NCBI GenBank assembly: GCA_002633005.1
Contig: NMRA01000006.1
Span: 258,544 to 322,543 of the forward strand
Reading direction: 5' to 3'
DNA from: Phoronis australis
Lineage: Eukaryota > Animalia > Phoronida
Length of the DNA: 64,000 nt
Both the position numbers and the translations under genes were made by a program. Below the pieces are notes generated by a model. The model searched no databases and was not told where the DNA came from. It saw nothing but the letters and a program-made list of their open reading frames with translations. How positions within the stretch are numbered: the stretch's first letter is position 1; each line of letters begins with the position of its first letter. Shown here in pieces: positions 48,382 to 60,000 of this stretch.

Positions 48382-50209
48382 GGGAGCGATTTAGTTCCGA
48401 CATCAGAGTTAGGCTACAACTGCGGCCGGTTAGATTCTGCGTTGAGGCTGATCTCAGAAAATCACTTTCCTCGCCAAAAATGTGCTTTTAATTTAGCACT
48501 GCTTTTCAAACAATTGTGATCTAAAAGCCTGATGATTTAACCTAGCGCTGAACCCATTTGTATTGTGCTGTTAGGTGTATCTCAAATATTTTGAGGTCAG
48601 CTGTTGTGATGGTGGTTGAAAGTCAGCCAACGAAAGCCGCGAAACCGTGTTGTAAATAATTAGTGCATTTTTATAAAGTGGTGTCAACATGTATTTTCTA
48701 GGTCATTTCACTATTGGCACTGTATTGATGTCACATTACATTATACTGTTTAAAAACAAATTGAGAAATTCGAAAACGAGGTAAAACGTGTGGAAGTGAA
48801 TTGATCGTCGGACAATGAAATCAGCCTGGAATCGAACTTTCGTTTCACGCATTTTACTGAAAATGACACATATAAACGAAGCAAAATATGATGCAGCTAA
48901 TTTCAACATCAACTCTCTGTATTCTGATATATCACAACAGGGTAGGCCTACTACTCAGAAACTAACCGTCACTACAATGTGAAAATGACTGAATATTGAC
49001 ATCCATGCCGGATTTGATTACATGGAACGTCATCGTTTTCACGGCTGAAAAACGCAGTTTTGTGGTTATTGTTGAATAGGATAAGACTTCTGAAGTTTTT
49101 ACCTTTGACCAAAGCTAAAAAACAATAAATTCGTTGTATTTTTGTGATTTCATTAAAAATCGACAACTCCCGCCGTTGTCTGCCAGACATTCGCTGAAAT
49201 CAGTCAATGATGATGTCTCCGCCAGTTTTGCTTAACATCAAAGATACTATATCCCAAGCTTAGGTAACTATAAAATCTTTGTTAACATTCTCTGCCATTT
49301 GACTAGTGTGGTTTAGTTCTGCCAACAATGTGTTGGACTGTTGCTGGCAGTAGAGGCAAAGATATTGTGGGAACTGCGATACCCGTTGCCCTGAATCGAA
49401 CCCACTAGCTCGCCAGTAACAGTCGAACCGGCTTTGCGGCTATACTTTGGTTAAATAACAGTAAAAAAACGGCGGCGATTTAGCTCAATCAGCAAAGTGT
49501 TAGACTGCGTCGCGGGAATCTCAGGTGCGATTACGCGCTGGGGCTAATCTAAGTTGATTTTTCGCCTTTAATGACACAAATATCGTCAATTTGTCAATTA
49601 CTTGAAATAGCTTTCGTTTAGTGGCGCTCTTTTGGTTTCTTAAGTAACTCGAGCTCATTATAGAAGATTCCCGTTTATACAAAACAAGTTTCAGAAAGCT
49701 GATTCAGCTGGAGGTCGAGTCTGCAACATTCCGATTTTGAAAATATTCTACGGGATCTATTTTTAAATAGCATATGTAACTATTTAAAAAATGGAATAGG
49801 TTACTGGTCGATTTTACAACTGTCAAGCTGGGAACCAGTTTTGTAGCGTAAAAACGGAATTAAAATTCAGACGCAAGTCAAATTACTTGGATAACGTTTT
49901 CTTTCCTTCAATCTCTTTACGGGATCGTGGCGTGTCCCACAGACTTGGGCCATAAAGGACATTTCTGACGATATTGACTGTAATGAGGCAACTATTTATG
50001 AGTCACTTTTTAAACGGCTTTCAACCCGTTTAAGAAGCAAATATTTGATTTAGACCACTCACGCTCTAAAACTCATCTCGGCTTGCCCCTCACTATGACA
50101 AGTGATTTCTGGATTTGCAGACTTCGTGACAGTTCGTTATCCCGCGAGACTGTGCTCGGCGCATAAAACGACACGCCAACTTGTTGAACCTGCTGTCACT
50201 CATTTCGAA

Positions 50210-50377
50210 CAGGGGCGGATCCAGGGTTTTTAGTTGGAGAGAGAGGGAGGGCAGGGCACAGTATTAGTCAGGATTTTGCCCGTCAGACATTCGCACTCCC
50301 GAACAGCCAAGTGGAATTTGGGAGAATTTGGGGGGGGGCATGGCCGCCTTGGCCCCCTCCCTCTAAGTCCGCCACTG
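50210..50377. mobile_element. MITE with GC-rich TIRs and 5-bp TSD (TCGAA)
   Basis: Left caggggcggatccagg, right aagtccgccactg; tcgaa at 50205-50209 and 50378-50382. Confidence 0.8.
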
Positions 50378-50445
50378 TCGAAGACTTGAAATAACCTTTA
50401 ATTTGACAAAGGGACAAATCGAGACCAGTTTCATAACTTTAAGTA

Positions 50446-53400
50446 TTTATTCTAAATCAAAACATTTTTTGTGATGTAAGGCGGATTCTTATAGCCGATG
50501 TTTGTACATTCGAAAGGGCATTCAGATCGAGTCTCGAAGCTCGGCTTTCGGGTGCAGACGTAAATTTAGCACTAAGTTTGGCTACGAAAATTAGGTAAAA
50601 CGCAATACATCCCCGATTCATTGCTGCTCTAAGAACAAAACTGATTTTCAATCACCCAGTTCACATTACGTGTACAAGGAGGAAGTCAAGCTTAAGATAA
50701 CAACGCATGAGCCGGAAATTCCAATTTCACAGTTCAAGTTACACATAAACGACCAACGGAAAACGTGTAGTTTGTGAGGCAATTCAAGGAAAAACAACAA
50801 ATCCGACGTATTATACCGTCATTTTATTATAAAACAACAGACCTCGGTTAAAATAAAGCAGCGTTCACAATCACCCAAAACGGCCAGAACGAAGCAGCGT
50901 TCACAACCGCCCTACACAGCAGTATCCGACAGCAGTTACAATCAAAACGCCCAATTACATAAACAAGTAATAACATGGCATAACAGAGAAGCTGAAGAGA
51001 CAGTCTGATCCGATACGATATCGAAACAAAACAGATGCGTAGCACTGATAATAAATACACAAACGGCGGGAAGGCTATAAAGTATTAGCTTAAACACTAT
51101 TCTGAGAGACTTTCGTCCACCTCTTTGATGCGGAGAAAACGCACAGATAGGCAAAATTAATTAAAAAAGCCATTCCAGAGACTAAAAGGGTAATAGATCT
51201 CTGATGAGGCGTTTTCTAACTTTTAAATGTCACGAGACCTGCAATAATTTGTATCAAAACGGTAGCTGAAAGTCTCTGAAAGCCAAACGCACTCTAACAT
51301 CGCCGCAAAAGGGAATGTGGTTGAGGAATAAAAACAATACGAAGGGTCAAATGAATGGGCCCACAATACACGAACTGGTGGGTAACTAGACTTTAATTTT
51401 CTAAACTAAAAATTAAACATGGTACACTAAATGCGACTTCTCAAACTGGTGTTCCAAAGATGACAAAAAGACTTCAAATATGCGCTTTCTCACGCCCAAC
51501 AAAACACAAAAGAAAGAACACTATACACCACGCATCATAAGGCAACAACAAACGCATCATAAGGCAACAACAAACGCATCATAAGGCAACAACAAACGCA
51601 TCATAATACCACAAGTACATCACTGATGATGACGCTTGGAGCTAGCCAACAAAACATAAATAGGGGGCTTAATCTTAACAAAAAATTACAACTTACTCAA
51701 TTTTTTTTATTAGCAATGGAGCAAATAACAAAATGTGGTAAGCCACTCAAGACTACAACTGGCCTTTACATTGCCTCTTGATAGGCCAATCCTAGAACTA
51801 GTTAAATCCATTTCATAATAGCCATTTCTCAAATTTAAATCCTATTCCTTCCTCACGATCAGCAATGATTGGTCAATCCAACTATAGCACTCTACCGGTA
51901 ACCCACAATGCTTCAATTGGAAAATGAAAAAATCAGGGGCTGGGCATTAAGCAGAGCATGAGTACAAAAAAGGTAATTTTTCATTCAAGCAAATGGCTTC
52001 ACCATTTCTTTACAAGTATGACCATATTAAAATGCACAGAGCCAAAACAACTCTTTCAGGTCTCCTTCAGTAATGAGTGGACAAGATGCCACTGAACCCA
52101 AAAGTTTTTTTAGGGGAGCTGAGTAGGTCTGGAGAGTTAAGTTTCCATTGAGATAAGTGTTCACAAAGAAACTGACACTTTCAAGGAAGTCTCCATCATG
52201 CACACCACGATGTGGGCGCCAAGTCAAGCATGGGTGTGAAAATTTTGGGGGTGGGTGTAAAGCCGGAAGTGGGCATTCACCCACAGGAATACGGAACTCT
52301 GCGAATGCAGTCCACTTAAACCCCTACTGTCATGACTGGAATTCTGACAAGCTCCCTCCTAGCAACGAGGAATTCTGCCTAATTTTGACCTATTATTTTG
52401 GCAGGCACTAGATGACAGGCAGAGATGAAAAACATGACAATCTACAATACATTTATAAACTGGGGGCGCATACATGTAAAACAATTTGCAAATCAGGAAA
52501 TATTCGAAAACTTGAAAAGTAACTTGAAGTTAAAAGGAAACTAAACTTGAATTATGAAGAAATGGTCATCAGAACTTGTTCATTTAAATCTGTTAAGTGA
52601 AGCAGTGCTCCAGTGGCCTTAACAACCCTCAAAATGTTGAAGCAAGTTTGAAAATTCCTTAAAATATTACTAAATCAATAAGCATGACAAACACTTTAGA
52701 AGAGTTCCACCATAACTGAGAGTAAAGACCAACACCTTGCAAACAAAAAGACCTGTATTGTTATATCAAACAAAGACGAAAACAATGGTAGTGCCCCATA
52801 GGTGATACCCATATGATGCGCTTACGCCCCTCGCATGGATCTCGCAAGTTAAACAATAGCTTGCGACATCTATAAGACGTCATTTGTCGTGAGAAAGATA
52901 CGTTTTTGAAAAATGCTTTAGTCGCTCAGGGTTAGTACCAAAATGAGGCTAGTATCATTTTAAATGCCATTCATCAATACTTTGCGGCACTGAAGATGTC
53001 TCACTGGTCAGTTGCGGTCACTTCAGCCGGTCTTTGTTGTTGAAAAATGCATCCCCAGTGGCTTAAATTATGACATTCATAATTTCCCATCAAGTAATTA
53101 ATTACCTTTTTAACGAGATGCTATGAACAATATCCTAACCACTCCTACATAAAACTGAAGCAACACTGAATCAGTCAATAAGCACCATGAACACCGCTGT
53201 GTTTATCAAGTAATTACCAACAAAACCTTTTTAATGTGACCAAATAATGACAATCGCATCTTCAAATAAATTTTAAAAGCAGTTGGCAACAGCATACAAG
53301 CCTATAATTATTGTACATCAGCATCAAACAACAATATGTGGAACAGCCACAAGGTAGCGCTGTAGTGCACCAGATTACAGAATTCTTTCATTTATTAAGC

Positions 53401-53978
53401 TGTCTTCGAACCACTGAAGTTTATCTCAAAAGAGTCTAATTTTCACAAAGTTTGACAAAAGAAGGAAATGAAACAATAGTCCCATCACAAATTCAACTCT
53501 CCTTGAGGAAGAAAAATGCATTGTATGATTGATTTAGTTTTCAAAAGGTTAGACCACTTACTGTAAATACAAACAATACAGATTAAAATATTATTATCAA
53601 ACTTGCCACGTTATCTTTTCACGAATTGAAGTGGCATTAAACCCTTGCCAGGACATTACTTCTAAACTGAATAACCAACAAGATACGACCAAATGAATTT
53701 TCTAATGATAAGTAGCCTAAGTCGAAACTTTTTGCCCCGAAACATGGGTTTAATGCCACTTTAAATAAATATTACTAGCCATAATATAACCGTTTGCTTC
53801 AAAATGTATTCTGATATTCCACCCAGTCAGTCAAACATAAAACATCTGACACCTCCCCCACACTCAACCCACAAACCGACAAAACTAACACCCACCACGA
53901 CAATGTTTGTATTGCTATATCACCTCTGGCGCACTCCCTCACTAAGTTCAATTATTTGTCATGCAAATATTATGCTAA
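50446..53978 (-). other. IQGAP 3' UTR region with candidate polyadenylation signals
   Basis: Downstream of stop; minus-strand AATAAA at 53391-53396, 51706-51711, 50823-50828 and 50446-50451. Which is used cannot be told from sequence. Confidence 0.4.
51530..51606. repeat. Minisatellite, 22-bp unit x3.5
   Basis: acgcatcataaggcaacaacaa repeated. Confidence 0.95.
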
Positions 53979-54098
53979 TTAGACCCGTTTGCCATAGAAT
54001 TTCTTGTTGAGTAGAAATATGAGAAGGTTGACGTTGATCTTTGCCCGTTGAAACATCTTCATCACGGCAACGCCCTCGTACTGTAGTTGAAGAAGTTC
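53979..54098 (-). CDS. IQGAP1: IQGAP terminal coding exon
   Basis: atctctcag acceptor; ELLQLQYEGVAVMKMFQRAKINVNLLIFLLNKKFYGKRV* (TAA at 53981-53979). Confidence 0.97.
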   Translation of the reverse strand, partial: ELLQLQYEGVAVMKMFQRAKINVNLLIFLLNKKFYGKRV

Positions 54099-57000
54099 CT
54101 GAGAGATTAATAAATAAATAAAGTAAAAAGTTGCTTATTACATGAATTTTGGTCATTATAATAAATAATATAACTATGAATTATTAGACTTCATGCACGT
54201 CATATGTTGGTCACCTCATGTGACCTAGAATTAAGTCAGAAAAGATCTCTGTCCCGACCGGAGCTCGAACCAGGGATTTTCTGCTAACCGTGAAATGCCC
54301 TAGTTCATTGAGCTATCGGGACCACCGGCCAATTACAGCAATCCAGTCAGACTTATAGGAGGCATCTTACCAAGACTTGGTAGCGTAATTGTGTCATTAC
54401 AAATCAGCGCACTGATATGGAATAAGTAAGAAGTATTATGATAAAAATTCTTCATTTTGGGACACGAAAAAATTGCTAAAATTGCCATATTTTTATTTCT
54501 CAGTGGCTTACCACATTCTTGCAAATGCTCAAAATTTGACCAAACATTGTTTGGTAATAGCTGTGCCATACAAACTATGCCAGAAGCAAAATAAATTTTC
54601 CTGAAAAGTTACTTTTGTTGAGAAATTTGTGTCCTAAACTGAAGAATTTTTACCATAGTCTTCTTACTCGCCGTATGTTGGACGCACTACCAGGGGTGTG
54701 AGAGGTTATTAACTGCAAAAATGTAGTAAAACATGGTAAAAACAACAAAAGTTTAAGAGAAATGACATAAACGTGTGTTAAAATGAAATGCTTAGAAAGT
54801 GTCCCCATCTGTAATCTAAATACTTGACTAGGGAAACTTTGCAACTTCTTTGTCATAATTCTCCTTCATCTTCTTAATAGAAACTGATTATCTGGCAACA
54901 AATAATCATAATTTTTCATGTGTTGGCCAATTTTCGAGAAGTTTCAACAATAGATATTAAACATTAACACAAATCAAGGTGAATGTTCTTATTCTCCATT
55001 TTCTGAGACATTTGACAAAAAAAGATTTGACAGACTGCCATATTTTGTGTTGAGCAGGAGAATAATGACTATATGAATTGAAAAATTGTGTAAGCGGATA
55101 AATTATAATATCAAATCAACTGGATTTACATTGAAACAGGGATTAATTCTAGTAAAGTACACTAACACTTTACACTTCAACATCTCGGATTTAATAAACA
55201 CAAAAGTCAACCAAAACGAAAAGCTAACAATGATAAAGGTTGATCAACCATTTTATCAATGAAAAGTTCACTCCATTCTCACATAAAAACCTCCCAAGTA
55301 CTCACAACTAGCGACACCTATAGCCTACCTGGAATACTAGCTCCACTTTGTCCATAGGCACACCCACGTACTTAACAGCCACATCGAACACACCAGAGTC
55401 CTCTGTAGCTGAGATTTCAAACAATACGTTTTTAAACCTGGAAGGTAAAAGTTCAGCACTATGCAATGGTTTATTCCTGGTAATGTTTCGAAAAAAGAAT
55501 AACACAAAATCTAAAGCACCTCTCATTTTCTTTAACGAAAACGCCAATCTTAACAAAACATTTTTCACTTCCATCGAGTAAAGAATATAATCATGTGACC
55601 ACAATGCTACTCACTGATTGGTCGGAAGTCCATCAATTTCCAGCAGCACCCCTCGCTCGTACAACTTCTCCCCGTTGTATTTGACAGAGGTCACCTTTGT
55701 GCCCGACGCTTCCTTCCAGTTGAACCAGCTACGACGATGTGTTTTTCTAAAACGTTAAGTAACAACATGAAATGTGTTGATTTTAAAAAATTCTCATGAA
55801 ATTCAACAAATGCGCACACGAATGCGTCGCAAATGGTGTACTTTTAGGGTTGTTTATTTGTGTCATAAAAATGGCCACTAGATGGTGCAAAAACATACAA
55901 TTCATCTGAAAATGGGAAAAAGTCATAGGTTCTTTAATAGAAAGCTATTCACCAAATTTCATAGAAATCTGTCACGGAACTTCAGAAACCAAAATAAAAG
56001 GAAATTGCCACTAGGGGCCACAGTGTTCATTGGATACGCCTGAAAGTCGTCATTGTTTGTTGTTAGCTTCATATAAATACACTTACTAAATTTAATAAAG
56101 TCGTCGTTTTTTTGTCAACATCATATAAATACACTTGCTAAATTTAGTAGGGATCCTGCAAAAGGTTTCAGAGATACAGACATGGGCGCAAAAAATGAAA
56201 CTGCCACTAGGAGGCACCACAGTAGTTGAAGTCATACGAAAATGATCGTCAGCTGTCCACTTCATGATAAAAACAAAGACGATAATTTTCACAATTATCC
56301 TGAAAGCCGTTTGGTTGATAGAGGGGTGGACGCCAAAAACAGACTCGAAAACGGTAAAAATGGACACTAGGTGGCGCAAACTAGGTCGAATCCATCTGAA
56401 AATGGAAAGATAGTGTCAAAACACTAACAGAAGCCTGTACGCCAAATTTTATGAAAATACGTCGAGGACCTTTGAAGATACAGAAGTAAACGTAAAAAAC
56501 TAAATTTGCCACTACGAGGCACACCGGTAGTCGGATTTGACTGAAAGTTCGCTCATGTCCTCCCATCCATGAAAGGAACACATGTGCAAACTTTCATGAA
56601 CATTAATCAAATGGTTTTTTAGATAGAGCAGCGGCCACCTGACGGACGCCACCTGGACGGACAGATGCAGATGACGGCATAAATATGAGAGTGCATACGA
56701 ATGGGTTTGGATGGGTTTTTATTTTGAGGCAAATGCTTCATTAGACCACGAAATAAAGGTTTCGATGGTTTTCTCAAAACTTGAAATAAAAATCTCAGCT
56801 AAAAATACAGTGATTAAGCTTGCATAAAATAACACAAATTTTAATTAGTGATTTATGATTATGCAAAAGATATTCATTTCCTTTCTTGAAACGTTAATTA
56901 GCCCATTCAACCAGAATCTTTAATTAATAATTAAGAAGATGCCATTAGAAGTTATTTCAGTATCAGGGTAGGTTACAACAGCGCCTGAGACTTTTTTTTC

Positions 57001-60000
57001 ACTTGCACACCATTTTAAGCATACGCGTAGTGTTACGATAACCCTGAGGGAGACCGTGTCTGGTCTCACAACAGTGTCACACGTGACCAATGGAATTGTA
57101 TTAAGGCGACTCACCATTTTACGAAGCATTTAATTATTGCAATAAACTGGTGCTAAATTTCGATGTTAATTGCTCATAATTGTACAACATTGATTTTTCT
57201 TTGCATAACATTAAGCAGCACAACTGCCGTCAACTTCACAACAGTAATCTTTTTTGAAATGATGCGTGATATTTGTCAGGAAGTTGTCTCAGAATTCTGA
57301 CCACGACAACGAAACAGCTGGAAAAACAGAGTTAGTAGCTGATGAGAAACTGAAAGGAAAACAGCCAAGGGATGCGGGGAACAATGAAAAAACTGATGGA
57401 ACAACATAACAATATAGTTGTCTTTGCACTGAACTTCAGCTTATTTATGGCAACAAGTAATTTCCGTCATCTTCAATAGCCACAGTACTCTGGGGCACAG
57501 CAACTATGTGAAAGATTGACGTCCTACACAGTAATTATACAGGTTTTTTTTGCACAAAAATAATTGCCAAATCACCATTTCCATTTTTAAATGCTGCTTA
57601 CTAACTGCAAATAATGGAAGATTTACCAAAATTGTTTTTACGACATCTAAACAGTACAAACCACGCTGGTGATAGACTAAAATTTTCATAATCTTTACTT
57701 TTTTGTGAAAAAAGTCAGCAAAACATTATTTCACTTGTCGACCATGTTGTGTTTTAAATAATGAGGAATTGCTGTACTAAAATCAGGAAGTTAAATCCGT
57801 TTTCTCGGGTCAAGGTCACAAAAGGTAATCAGGACTGAGTTTCATACTGCGTACAAGTATTTTGCGAATAAAGCTATTGTGGTCACCTGCATGGCAGTAT
57901 CTTGCAAAGTCTCGTGTGATTTTGCATTTTCTCCATGTTCCCACGTCTACAAAACATCGCCCACGAGTAGGTGAGAATGAACACAGAAGAAACACTGGTA
58001 GGACGCAGTTTGTTGCCAAGTACAATATTGACAAACATGAACGAGTCAATGACCAGAGAATATTGACAGGCTGACAACAACTCACATTGAAGTATGCAAC
58101 CACACCAATGAATATTAACCCAGTTTTCTTTTAACTACAGGCATCTATTAGTAAAAAATTGCAACCAAACCTCACAACAATCCATATTAACTCACTTTTC
58201 TCTTAACTACAAGCACATCCCTTCACCCAAGATTTGCAACAAAACATCACAACAACCCATATTAACTCACTTTTCTCTCAACTACAAGCACATCCCTTCA
58301 CCCAAGATTTACAACAAAACATCACAGCAACCCATATTAACCAGGACTTAACACAATCACCTGAAGGTCACATTTGTAACTCATATTTTGTACACTTCGG
58401 TCACACCAAAAAACACCCTATGGAAAATTTGGTAGTTTCTGAACATGGAATTTTCTGTCAGAGCCTTAATTTTTAAAAGCCTCAATGGAAACTCCTTTGG
58501 TAGCCGGCAGCACTCATGTTACCGCAATCGACCGTGGTAGGTAGAAATAAGATGGAAAAGGCTGCTGTTTGGTCTTCTTTGGCCGTTGCTTTTCATCAAA
58601 ATTTCACTCTTATTCAACTTAGGTGTGCGGCTTTTTTGTTCCCAAAAGTTGGCAATATGAATTTCTAATATTGCAACTTGTGCGTATGACCTGAATTGTA
58701 CAAATACAACTTGGGATTTTGTCCAAGTTGCAAATGACAACCTGCCAATTTTCATAGTGTCGAGGGCTCTTAACTTCACTTAGATATAAGCACACATTTA
58801 TCGACTGTTAGCAACCAAATGTTTCAGCAATCCATACTAATTCAGTTTTCCTTTAGCTAAAAGTATCACAACCAAATCTCAAAACAACCCTTATTAACTT
58901 ACTTTCCCTTCTGCTGCAAATTATCCATGCACGTTTTCACGTATTTGTTATAGTAATCAATCTGCTCCTCGTAGAATGTTCGCTTTGTGTCGAGACTATC
59001 TAGGGCACTGCGAAGACGAATCAGTTCCTGCTTCCGACGCTGTCGATAACGCCGCTGGTTTCGAATGTCCTGAACGACCATGTTGATAATGGCTTGGTAG
59101 TTGTCTTTACGTGACACTATGCCGGCATTCTCCAGTACACCCAAGTTTTTACGTATATTCTTTTTCATGGATTCTAAAGGCAACCTGGAAAAAAGGTTTA
59201 CGCTTACAGCGTATTCAAAAGACAGCCACTATGTCAAACACAGGGTCTTAAACTTTGGTCTGTCACTTTTTTCACAGACACTTGAAATCAACCCACTAAT
59301 CGTGACACAAAAAAGAAACACATTGACGCAACAAAAGGGCGCTGATAACTTCTGATTACCAACTTTGCAGTATTTGTAAATTTACCTAAAAAGCGACAAA
59401 AACTGTACTCCTTCTGACAAAAAACGACTTCTGATTTAAGGCTGTTTAACATGATTGCAAAATCGTTTTCACCTTAATCTCCTCAGATCAGAAATGATTT
59501 CTAAGCGTGAAAACAAAGGCAGTTCGCTACCTCTTCACACCAGGCTCATGAAGCATGTTTGACACAGCCAGTTAGTTTCAGAAGCCAACACAGTCATTTT
59601 TATTGCGACAAAATTCAATTCAAGCAAAGGACAAGAACGCAATGAAGGAGCAGATATGGCTAATATAAAGAAAGTCATTCTTCACAACAGAACACCGACT
59701 TTAAATTATATGACGTCAACGAAAATGCAACAGTTATGGATTGGCTATTTTTTGCTATTCATGACAAATTTATTTTAATATTTGCAAAATGTTGGTAAAT
59801 GTAAATGACGGACCAAAATTAATATGTGAAACAAACGAATATGGGCATCACTAGGCGATGAAAGCCATGATAGATTATCATCTCAACTGCCACCAGGTGT
59901 CACTTACTGTCGGTCTCCAACCATGGACTGTTGACGGACTAACTGGGCCTTTTTACTTTTAGCTCTTCCATCGATCTCGTCTCGAGTTTTGTTCAACTTG

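Noticed and set aside
59711-59718. Full CRE palindrome TGACGTCA as autoregulatory site for CRTC
   Set aside because: Single 8-mer about 12.7 kb from the CRTC start; roughly one is expected by chance in a window this size.
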